A stretch of DNA of 48,816 nt, the filler included, from Sphacelaria rigidula (lineage: Eukaryota), in the NCBI GenBank assembly GCA_964200075.2. It is 2 parts of 2 records of this genome, joined end to end, with 100 filler letters (N's around TTAATTAATTAA, not from the genome) between each part and the next. Parts side by side here need not be neighbours in the genome. Positions count along the whole stretch, not along the records: positions 1 to 24,365 come from CAXNAA020000207.1; 1 more part is not named here. One strand, written 5' to 3'. Position numbers and translations under genes: made by a program. The notes beneath the pieces are model-generated. The model ran no database searches, had not been told where the DNA came from, and saw only the letters and a program-made list of their open reading frames with translations. Positions 1 through 11,700 of this stretch are shown here, one piece after another. The stretch's first letter is position 1, and the number at the start of each line of letters is the position of its first letter.

Positions 1-256
1 TAGTAGTGAAGAACGGTACTCCAGAAAAACTAAAGAAATAGGACAACTACGAATTCTTAAAACTTCTGCTGCTGACTACTATAGTGCCGGTTGATGACTA
101 CTGCGGTTATTCGAGAGGTACAACCCGAGATGTAAGTCATGTTACTTTTTTTTTTTTCCAGGCGAATTCCCGGGGCGAAGGGTGAACGTAGATTGGCTTG
201 TACGTGGGATCACACTGAAATCCAGAGATTCACAACGTCATTTAGTATGGCCGTAG

Positions 257-555
257 CGCTCCGATGGTGTAATGGTCCAGTTGTCACCATTAGGATGGGG
301 AGAACGTGCGTTCGAGTCCCGATGCGTTGTTTTTTTCTTCAAAGTATCTGATTTCCACCATCGAATGCGTGAGTACGTGAATGAACAGAAAGTAGTTGAC
401 GAAGTTTGTTCAACGAGGGAGTTGACGCAATGAAGGAGTGCTGACCCAATCCTCGATACTAGAATGCAAGTCGTGTAGTGGGGACAGCCGGGTTGATCCC
501 TTGAGACCACGGACTTGTCTCAAGGAAGAGGAGGGGTCAAAGTGCGACAAATACG
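257..555 (+). mobile_element. tRNA-derived SINE-like element, copy 1
   Basis: Pol III A box TGGTGTAATGG (265-275), B box GTTCGAGTCC (310-319), no closing acceptor stem; ~300 bp alignable by eye with 45501-45800. Confidence 0.65.
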
Positions 556-913
556 AAGAAAAAGATACAACATGGTACAGGTGCCAACCTCCTGGTTCGT
601 ACACTATCGAGTTATCTTCTCTTCTTTGCAGGGTGCTGACACCCCCCGAATGTTGCGTCTTACGCACACCGAAACATATTCGTGCTGCTTCATGGCATCA
701 TATCTATACTTGTAGTACGGCACCATAATACATATATACCACTCCCAAGCCTCAGAGAGTCATCGCCTAGGGGTAGTGTGCACTGTGTTTGTACGGTACT
801 GCGATAAACACGTGTTTTGTCACACATCTCACGGGTGTTGCTGCACGATTTTGTCGTCGTCGTCGTTTTCGATTTTTTGTTTATCGCGTTAAATGTTTTC
901 GTCTCCCCTGCAG

Positions 914-1046
914 GTTCTTGGCGGATGGTTCGGACGCGGAGGGAGACGAGAAGCAGCTCTGGAACCTGCCCCTGCTATACACCACATCGGCTGCCCCCAA
1001 GGAGACGAAGCTTGAAATGATGGCGGGAGAGACGCACACCCTAAAG
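914..1046 (+). CDS. aminopeptidase exon (FLADGSDAEG...ETHTLK)
   Basis: Acceptor ctgcag|, donor AAG|gttaga, open frame. Confidence 0.85.
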
Positions 1047-4000
1047 GTTAGACTGTCAGCTTCAGACGTGTATAATGGTCGTATTCCAGTACATTCTTTT
1101 GCCCCGTGATTATTTCGGATTTTTGAACCGGGTGCTGGCGTCAACCGTTGAAGAATGCGGAGAATGGAGATGCAATCCTGACCGCTTCTCTGAGTTGAAG
1201 GCTTGTGCGGTCGTTATTCGATGCGTGGGAAGCACGGGGAGTAGTATGATGCCGCTATGTTTTCAGCAGTTGATGTCTCGACCGTGGCACATCAATTGGT
1301 GTACTACGAATTCCATTGTGGTCACAAGATGGAGATACCCAAGGAATATGTAGGAAAAGGCTTGCCGAAATAAACTCGAGAACATGAGATGGCGAATGGG
1401 AAGAGGAGCAGTCAAAAATATGTACAAAGATGTACGTGAGACTGGAAAATAGTCCTTTGCCGGCCCTGCAGAAAAATACTGTCTGACATGGAGTGTACGA
1501 TGCTTACGGACACAAAAGGCAGCTTCAGCGCAACGGTAATGGTTGGCCGTGACGAGGACGAAATCTGTCGTGCAATTCGATATTCAACAGGTGTATTTCA
1601 ACCCCCAAAGTAGTCGCTCTTCAGTGAGTTCGTGTGTGTCAATACGGGCGTTCGATATTTGCCTTTCGGATACATGTGCGAGGTGTTTTGCAGTAACAAC
1701 CCCAACAAAATTCTTGTAACTTTCAGTGAGTTGAAGGTCGTGGGCTTGTTGCGTCTGAATCGGAACTCGGATACATGGCGCACATACGCAAATATGAGAT
1801 TGGCTTGTTCTATCACGGACCAGTGACTGAACACAACAGTGAATCAGCGAAAACCGTCCCGTGCAAAAATGATTTGGTTGGATTGGGATGGAACAGGTGG
1901 AGCTGAAGAACGAGTCGGACTGGATCAAGATCAACGCGGGTCAACACACCCTGATGCGCGTGCTGTACACGCCCGAGATGATCCGCCGCCTCGAAGTGGG
2001 CATCCAAGACCTCACCATGGTGCCGGAGGTGAAGTGAATGCAACAACGTACTTATGGGTATGTGCTGATCGTTTGGCACTTCTTTGGTTTTCTTGCGGGC
2101 ACCCCCGCGGTCGTCAAGGCCGAAGTCTCGGCATACCCCCAGCTGATGGGGGTCACTTAATGTGAAGTACGATCATGGCCGAGCGTTTAAAATCGGCACC
2201 CGGCCAAAATTGAGGATCCGTTGAAAATCAGGCGGAGACCCAAAACATTGGACATCCCGTGTTTTACCGTACTGCAGCATAAACAGACCCATAGTCTCTC
2301 TCATGTGCTGTAGCTGTCATTGTACTGTGGTTTGTTCGGATCTTGCGAACACTGAAAACTGTTTGGTCTCCGCTTGGAATATTGTCGTTGTGGTCGTCTG
2401 TGTAGAAAATGATGTTAGTCGGCATGCAGCGCTGTCCATACACTGACTGTTGAAAACGTCATGGTGTGTTGGTTGTTTCGTCTTCCGTCAAACGAACAAA
2501 ACGCCGCCCACACCCATCATGTGTATGCTGTAGTTGTCGCTGTGTTCTGGTGCGTTTGAATCCTCTAAGAACATCGTTTGATGTGCGCTGCTGTATTGCG
2601 GCCGTGTTCGGGTCTGCACAGAATCGGGGTGCAAGCAGAAGTGCTGTTGAAAAAAAACACGAGACGACTGTGAAGTTGTTCGCTGTGTCGTCTTTGGTAC
2701 TTCAGTTGCAGTCGGGTGCTGTGATCGGGAAGACACACAAGGCGGGTGTCTGCAGGTTGAGGCACACAAATTGAGCCAGTACGGACTATACTGTATCTTC
2801 AGTGAATAATGGTCGCAACTGTCTGTCTCAAAGCAGCGCAACGTGTGGGTCAATCAAAGCCATTGTGTAACTCATACGCATATCGTAGCTCTCATGTGAT
2901 TGATGGAAAATCCCCCCATTTTTGTGCTTTGAAACGATCTGATGGATCCCAAAGTGCCGCAACTCATATTCTTTGTCCTTTACCTGTGGGAGGGTATGCC
3001 AAAAGCTCGCGTGCCCGTTTGTTACACGCATCTAATAAAAAAAAAACGTATTCAGGCAGGAAATTTCGTCAAGACGCCAAATCCGAGGTGCCTTTTGCAA
3101 TGTTGACCCTGCGTTCACTGTAAAAAAAACATTTTTCCTTGAGAGATTCCCAACTCGGGGTATTTTAAGATGGTTCATAAAAAAGGCATCCCGAAAATCG
3201 CAGCCACCGAATCAATTTGCAGAGGAGATACTTGCGGCCGAGTCGGGTGTAGTCCGGGTTTGCACACGCCGAATGACGTTTCAGGACTTGGACCGATGGG
3301 CCCTGATCAATCCATTTGAACTGAGACCCACTTGCGGGCTGATGTTGCCCCGCTTATGTTTTGGTCGCTTCTATCCGTTCGGGGCCACGTGAAGAGTCGA
3401 AAATTTAGTGCATGGCACGTACGACTGTATAGAAACCATCTTCATGGGGAGTTTCGGCCCACGTTTCAAGAGGTAGGATAATAGCCGTCCTTGGGGGTGG
3501 TATCCACCATTTTGTCATGTCGCAAACGACGGGTGGCGTCCTTCACTATCCTTGAGTTAGATATGAAGGGTGTCCATGTATTGATAATACCTCTCATCAC
3601 GCGTATAGGAGCATCACGTGCACCCGGGTGAGGGTGTTTCAGGTGGAAATATGCTCATTCCATCGTCGGGGAGGAGGGCAAGGGTGTTATCAAATCAGCA
3701 AGAGGGATGGATGTACACGTTCCAGTGACCACTGGCGTGTTTAGGGGCGTCGCCATTTGTACCTTTACCAGGCTCTGACAGTAAACTCTAAAACCAAGAG
3801 TATTTGGGGAGGGAATGACGTGGTACCTACCGGCGGGTGTCTTCAGCCTCTTGAAGGCAAGCAACAGGTACCACTCGTCTGGGTAGATTGGAGGCTTCCT
3901 AACGTTACCGGTCACGTGTTGAGATTAATTGTTCTCCGGCTGTAAATGGCTAGTACGTGGGATAACACTCCCTTCCCGCTGAAATTGTAGTGGGGGGGCG

Positions 4001-5664
4001 GGATGAGTTTATTTTGTCTCCGGGAAAAGGGATGCGGGGGAGAAGGAACCACAAAGCAGTAGCGTGAGGTGAGTACGTTCCAATAATACTTCCCGTGTGT
4101 TCAGGGGCATCTCCGTTTGTCTGTAACCACATGCACCTAGCCTAAAACGGTAGATAACACATCCGTTGTGTTTGGGTAGGGGGTAGAATGATTGTATCCT
4201 CAGGTGGGGAGAAACGGGGGGTGGGAGATTAGTGCTTCAGATATCCCGAAAACGTTTTCCATGCTTTCATGCTTTTCATGCTTGAGGGTTGCCGTTCGCA
4301 CGCCATAGGCCGAAACAGCGAATACCACCCCCAAATTCAAGGTAGAAACCACCGCCAGGGGATGTTTTTTTTCTTGGCACCTGTGCCACCCCCCCCCACC
4401 CCCCCCCCCCCCCCTCTCCTCCTCTCCTCACCTTCCTCCACCTACCATCATGCGTTATCTATCCATTTTTTGGCCCTTGATGAGCCTTCTGACGTGTTGA
4501 ATGCGAAAACCTAAAAACCGCTGCCTCGAAGATCGCAAACGTACTCTTGGGTGCGTTGAGAATTAAAAATTGTATTTACAGCGGGTCAGTTAAAGTGCGA
4601 CAATCAAAAATATGGAATACGTTCGAGACATGTCATGCGATCAAGAGGTACTGTTATGAGAAGATCTACCCTTTCCTCGCTTTTAAATTTCATGCCCTTT
4701 TCGACAGGAAAACAGGAATAGGACAATGATCTGCTGAAACGTTCAGCCTGTACACATGCCCCTGACTTTCGATGAGGGGCTTTGCAGCTCACGTGCTTCA
4801 GTTTTTTTTTCTCCAGCCGCCATAGACAGGTGTCTGTGCGTCCTTATAGCAGCACGTTACCCTCTCTCACACCCGCCCCATCATGAGCGTGGCCGACATT
4901 AGCATGGAACTGGCGCGACTACCCGCTGACATGGGCGAGATATCAATCTTGCAACCATTGTGTGTGTACGTGTTTCAAGATATTGAAATGACGAGTCGTT
5001 AAGGTGTACAGTAGCGGTAACAGGGGAACGTGCCAGGCGGGCCAGAAATCATCTGCAAAATCGATGGGTAAAGTGTTTGCAGGTTTCAGTTATCATGTTA
5101 CTCTGAGGTCGAACTGGTAACCGAACGATGTGGCTATTTTCATTTAAAAATGAATGAGGAAAACGTCAGACCGAATGGTGGATGATCAACAACCGATTTA
5201 CCTCTACTCGTTGCGAAGGCTGTGTACTCATTACCCTCACTCGCCTTGAAATCTTCATCAAGCGCGCTCTGCACGTCGACTACGGAGACGAATGTCGTAC
5301 TTGTTACCCGATCTCCCTCCTGCTTCTCGTTTCCGACCGTCTCATCCCGTTGCCCAGCCGCCGGCGATCTATTTGCGTCTTGTGCGCTAATTATATTCCA
5401 ACTTGTTTTCCTCGTGTTGTTTTGATGTATTATCCCCACACCCCCTGTCGTGTACCTGTGAAGGACCGCGCTAGCATCGTGTCCGATGCGTACGCTCTGG
5501 TAAAGGGCGGCAAAATGACGGCGGATGTGCTGGTGAGGCTCCTGGCAGCGTACAAGAAGGAGAACAACAGCACGGTCTGGAAGGCTGTTGCTGCTGTACT
5601 ATTGGGTCTTGAAAAGGTAGGTTGAAGGTGGGTACCGAAGAGGGGAGGGGGAGGCAGTTGCTGC

Positions 5665-5710
<46 letters not shown>

Positions 5711-8700
5711 GGTTTGTTGTTGGTTTGTTGGGTTGTTGATTGGTTGATTTTGGTACCGACTTTTATGGTGTTGCTGTTCTGTTGTGTAGCTACTGCTACC
5801 ACCCCTGCTGCTGCTCGCGGCCATGCTACGTATGCGGTCCTGTATTCAGTATAAAAACCGTTATTCGAAACGTCAAATCATCTGAACATCAACTTGAGGT
5901 ACTTTGCGTATCCTCCCTCCCACCCTCTCCTCGTCGTCTCCTTCTCGCCAATGCTCTCGCACGACTTGACCGCTGTGCACGACAGGTGCTCAAGGCCGAC
6001 GAAAATATGTACTCGAACTTCTGCAAAATGGCGGCCGAATTGTTGGCTCCAGTCGCGGCCAGCGTTGGGTGGGAACCTCAGGACACAGACGGGCACTCGG
6101 GCAAGCTGCTACGAGCCACCATCATCGAGCTTCTCGCAACGTGGGTACATGTCCGTAGGGCATGTAGATACGGAGGGCTCGGGGGGGTAGGACGTGAGGG
6201 AGGGAAGTGGAATGTGGAAAGGCGGTTAGCTTGTATCTCGTGGGTTGGGAATGAGTCTCGCATTAGTCGGGAGTCCGCGGTTCGAGGTTGGGAGGTTTGG
6301 TTTGGCTGGTTGGTTGAGTTGATTTTGCCCCTGTAGCTGATGATGATAACGTTCCGCCCCACCCCGCCCCGACCCAGATTTTCTTCGGATTCCAAGCAAG
6401 TGCAGAGCGAGGCGAAAGCTCGATTCGATGCACACGTCGAGAACCCCAAGGAGGGCAAGGCTCTGCCCTCTGAGTATGCCGTGCCGGTGTACAAGATCGT
6501 GCTCAAGTCGGGCGGACAGGCGGAGTTTGACCAGGTGAGATTACTTGAGTTGGTGATGGGTCCATGGGCAGAAGAAGATGGGTGTGTGTACCCGTGTTGG
6601 ATAAACGGAAACACTCCCTGTGGGAAACTCGAGAGAACGGACGATGAAAGGAAACCCAACTTTTCCGGGAAACGTATTTGTCATGGTTTTTGTTTCTCAG
6701 TTTGCTTCGTCTATTTTTCTTGTCTCTGTGATTTTTTCTACAGTTCCTTGTATTCGGCGAGTTGTTTTTTCCGTTTTGTTTAACTCGAGTTACGTTCATT
6801 TTGTGGATAATGACCAATCACGGCTGGGTCCCTCGGGGTGTAGTCAACGTGCGACAAACAGTCTGTCAATCAGTCAATCAATCACGAATCAATACATTTT
6901 CCGGGTTGGGGCCGTGATTTGCTAGGAGGGGTCACGTTGGGGGTAGCGTGGCGGAGCTGAGGAGTAGGTGAGTGGGGGGAGGGTGGTACACCTAAAGGAG
7001 TATCACTCGTCCTGCCAGCGTTTCGTAGGTCTAAGCAGGGGAGCTTTGCAGTCCTGTACAAGAGGCGCTGGTGTCCGATATTCGCAACATGATGTGGTGA
7101 GATGTTGTATCCGGCCCATCATTATTCTGAGGAAATCTTTTGGCCGGATCGAGTCGCAAGGTGCTGCACCCTGTTGACTTTTTTGTCGAGTGATCTGCCG
7201 TCTCGTGTGTTGAATTGCAATCTCGTCTTGTCTTTTTTATGGGCGGTCGTTTCATCTTTGGATCTTGCCTTCACTTTTACTTCGTTCCTAGAAGAAAGGA
7301 GAAAACCTGACCCAACACTTTCCCCGCAAGCGGGTTCGTTTCCCGATTACCCGGAGGCTCGGCCAGACTGCCTCAGGGCAGCCATGTGGGGTAGGCGCCT
7401 CGAGCGTCGGCAAGCTTTTCTCGAAGCAGTGTGGGGATCCGACCCACTAAAACCCACTTGGCGCAGTGCACGCGCCCGCCGCCATACTCTTATAAGGTTC
7501 GACCCTAGTTGCGTTCACTGTTGTGCTGCTCTGCTTGGTGTGATGACCTCAACGCCATACTTGCGTGGTGGTGGTAGTGGTGTGTGTGTGTGTGTGTGTA
7601 ATTCATGTGCACCATGTCCATGTGTGTTTTGGAGTGGATGCTCTTGATTCGATTGACTAAAATCATTCGATAGACTGTCACACATCAAGTGTTGCCCGAG
7701 AGACCCAGCCGTGGTCATTGTTCACAAGACAGACGGGCCCAAGGTAAAACAAAGCGGAAAGGCTCGCTGAAAAGACAAATATGGGGAAAATAGGCAAGAT
7801 AGAACAAACAAACGGAGTGAGAGAGTCCAAGAACAAGGAAAAAGAAACAACAAACAGAATAAAATAAAAAAAGGAAATGAGGGAGGAGAACTAGGAACAA
7901 AATAGAAGAAACAAAACCAGAAAAAAAAGGCCTGTAGTTTGTATACGTACGCCACTGCTGGCATCATTATTTCATTTTCATCTAATATATATATTTTTTC
8001 TTGTTGTGATTCTTGAATCAAACCCACGTTATTTTGTTTTGAATGCGCTATCGTGTTGCGTGTGTAGGTTCCCTCCGCTGGCGTGTGTGGGTCTGTGTGT
8101 GGGTGTTCCTTGACGCCGTGCCCTACGCGAAGTCATCGTTTGTCATAGACTTTGAGAGGTGTGTTGTGGCGTAGCATGATGTGCATGTTACATGTCGCCG
8201 AGCCTGATGCGACGTCCTCAATTACGTGGGCGTATTGTCGCTTTTGTGGTTTTTGCGCGTGCGTGCTCTGCAGCTGATGACCCTGCTGGATCTCTGCGAG
8301 ACCCAGGCGGAGCGGAAGATGATATACCTCTCTATCGGCTCCTGCCCGACGGAGGCCCTAAAACGGCAGGTGCTGGAGTGGTCTGTGTCGTCGGTCAAGC
8401 TTCAGGATTTCTTCTACCCGCTCGGCAGGTGACGAACAATGTGTAGTGGACGATGACGATATAGTACCGAAAAGCAACGAGTAAAATGGCAACAAGACGT
8501 ACAGTGCGTGTTTCCTTCGCTTTCCAACAAGGTTTACGCGAAGTACGAGGTGTTTGCATGGATCGCAAGCTTCGTTTTTTTCGTTTTTTCATTTTTTCGT
8601 TTTCTCCGTTATGTCTGTGCGCCTAAAAAAAGATGGCTCTTTACTCTTCAGTAGTTTCTTTAGGCCAGCGAAAGGATTTCGAAGGGCTAGCAGGGGTTAG

Positions 8701-11700
8701 AGTTAGTAGTAAGAAAGAAACACGAGACGATACCTCAAGGGCACCTGGGGCAGCGCGCACATAGCCCTGATGTTCATCCCTGGATAGCGGGTAGACTAGC
8801 AAGTGCCGTCGGTATTTCCTCTATCTTACTACCTTGCACTCAACTGTGCCGAAGTGCAGGTGAGTAGCTAACCGCACCATCGTCGTCCTCAAAGTCCATG
8901 ACATGGTCTTCGAACGCAGACATCACCATGTTGAAACTCTCGAAAGCTACACTATTTCAATTCATTCACTTTGCAACGAGCCAGTGATGGTCGGATGGTA
9001 TTTATTCTGATTTTGTGTTTTGTTCACGTCTTGTTTTGGTTCACATTACGAGGGAGATCGAGTTGTTCCGAAAAATGAGGTGTGGTCAACGAGCTTCAAG
9101 CTTGCCGCACGCAGACAATCATGGACACGCGATCTTTTTTTGCTTCCCTCAACAGAGCGTGTGACGCGGACACCAGGCGTACCCCCGTGTGATGTGAACG
9201 AAGTAATGCTGTGGTGTAACTTGATTCAGCAGAGACTATTGTGCTCTGCCCCACGTCGCTTCAGTTGTTTCCGGTTCTGTTTTGGCGACAGCAGTAGTGC
9301 AGTCCACTTGGCAGGCAACTTGGTAAGTAGAGTATATCTCTTAGCATGGACTTACCATACTTTCCCGTTCGTGTACCATGATCTGAGAATCAAGGCAGTC
9401 AACATAGATCGATATATTCAGTTTCCCCCACTTCATCCCACGGTTGATTGGTTGATTGATTGATTTATGGATTCATTGATTTATGGATTCATTGATTCAT
9501 TGATTCATTGATCCATTGATTGGTTGATTGGTTGATTGGTTGTCGCACTTCAACTGATTCCCTAGGGATCGAGCCGTGGTAACACGATAGACGGCCCCGA
9601 GATGAAACAAAATAAAACACTCGGTGAAAAAGAAGAAAAATAGAAACATGTGGCAGACAAACAAAATATACTAAGAAAATACAAATGAAAAAAAGGAACA
9701 TGGGAAACAAAGGGAGGACAAGAAAAGAAGAAACAAAACCCCTAGAAATAGCCGGCCTCTGCAACATGGGTTCGCTTGAAAGGTCTTGCGCAGAAACCAC
9801 ACCCATGCGCAAAGGAAATGAAGAAAAGCCGTGGCAACAGATTGCGGCTAATCTTTTTCGACGTCACTATTGTGGGTACGGAGCTCTCATCCACGGACGG
9901 GCGGTTACGAAGATATAACCGAATTAACGGGGTCGCCGCCAACCTCACACGCTTTTCATTATCATTCACATGCGTGTGCACGCAGTGTATCGTCCTCGGG
10001 AAAGCTGGGGCAGGACTTGACTTGGGAGTTCTTCCAGGCGAACTTCGAGCGTATCAAGGGCATGTTGGGTAAGGCGTCGCCGTCCCTCATGGATGCGGTG
10101 ATCTTGTACAGCTGCGGGGGCTTCACGGAGGAGAGCAAGATGAAAGAGGCAAGCATTTTATTATTTTACGATGTTTTTTTTTAAATGCGTTGTTCCCTTG
10201 TGGCTGGTTTGGTTTGTTCTCTTCTCTAGGGACGGAACAGTTGATGATGGATGGTAAGGTCTTGAAACATGGGGTTCGCCGGGTATGTTGGAAGATGACA
10301 TATGCTCATGTGAATGATCCAGCGTATGAGTATGCATAGACACATAGTGTCGCGTCGCGATCGTTCTTCCGTCGTCTGTGGCTCTAGTAGCGTAACCTTT
10401 TCTCGCTCGTTCATTTTTTGTTGTTGTTGTTGTTGTATCACTCTCGTTGCGTGCCGTCTGGTATCGGTTTTTGCCCACTTATTGTACTCACACGCTGATC
10501 AACGCAGGCGTTGACAACCCGTTGTTGAGTCTCAAGTGATGTTGAGATTCTCGGTACCTCGAAAACGCGTTCTTTCTTCAGTTTTCGACGCCATCACCGT
10601 TACCCGACGTACTTGTATCGCAAGCGTTCTCTTCCGTTTTTGGGCACACCTTCAACACCCCCCTTTCCTCGGGACGAGTCCCTCGTCCATGACAATCTGC
10701 CGTTCGCGGCAAATTCATATCGATTCTCCGCCCTTCATCACCCATCCCCCCCATGATGGTGGAAAACCTCAACCCCGCGCAAATCGGGTGATCGTACTAC
10801 GTAGTGTTCGATCGTTGAACAGCGAGCGTCGCCTCGGAACAGTTTCATTGGTTGACAGTCGAGGGACACCGGGGGTTTCCAGTGGGGGGAGGGGGGGTGG
10901 ACATGGGTGACGGGGGCCTGTTCGTAGAACAGCCGAAAAGCTCAACACGTGAACCATGTGTGTTCAGAAGTTTCCCACGGAAAATTATAAGTCGGGAACG
11001 AGGCCGAAGAGGAACGGAGTGACCATCGTGACCAATGACGGCTATCAAAATGGTCACTTTGTTCTCTACAGGTGGACTACAGGTGGACTACTGCGCTGTC
11101 TAGCCGTATTTTTCATTTGGTCACGGCAATTAAATAATAGATTTCATGGGCACACATAACTTGCGTTTACTCTGCCCGTGGTCCATGCCGCCTGCTAGAC
11201 CCCTCATGTGTTGCCAGCATAGCTTCATAGTCTGTAGTGCTGTTGTGTAAACACTAATCAGAGACATCAGCAGCATGCAGTAGATTGTGTTTAGTGAGGA
11301 GCGATGGCACGCTCACTATTTCTTGTCGTTGTATCCAGCGAGGACATCTGCATGCAATAGCTACACGGTCATGATCGGCCAGGGGTTGCCGGGGACTATT
11401 TTGTATGTATATACATGCCCAACGTACACATGAATATGACAGAAGGCGTTCTGTGTGGCGAAAAAAGAGCTGTCCGGAACCCCAAATGTGGCATAGTCCA
11501 TCTCAGTCCACCTGCGGGGGAGTCGCTATCTGAGGGTTAAATGATGAGACACCCATGAGGCAGTGTAACCCGTGGCTGTCTCCCTCGTCGTGGCCGCTGC
11601 TGCCGCTGTCTAAACACCCTGATACTAGAGAATGAGGGGACTCATTCGAGGCTGTGATCCATACGTAATATAACCAGCACGCTTCGGGCCGAACAATCTT

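Noticed and set aside
257-325. Functional tRNA gene
   Set aside because: Has A/B boxes but no paired acceptor stem, and continues into a repeat body shared with 45501-45800
5471-5824. Poly-Asn/poly-Thr ORFs
   Set aside because: Artefacts of the (GTT)n microsatellite
7459-7510. tRNA gene (TGGCGCAGTG...GGTTCGACCCT)
   Set aside because: No cloverleaf; at most a SINE-head remnant
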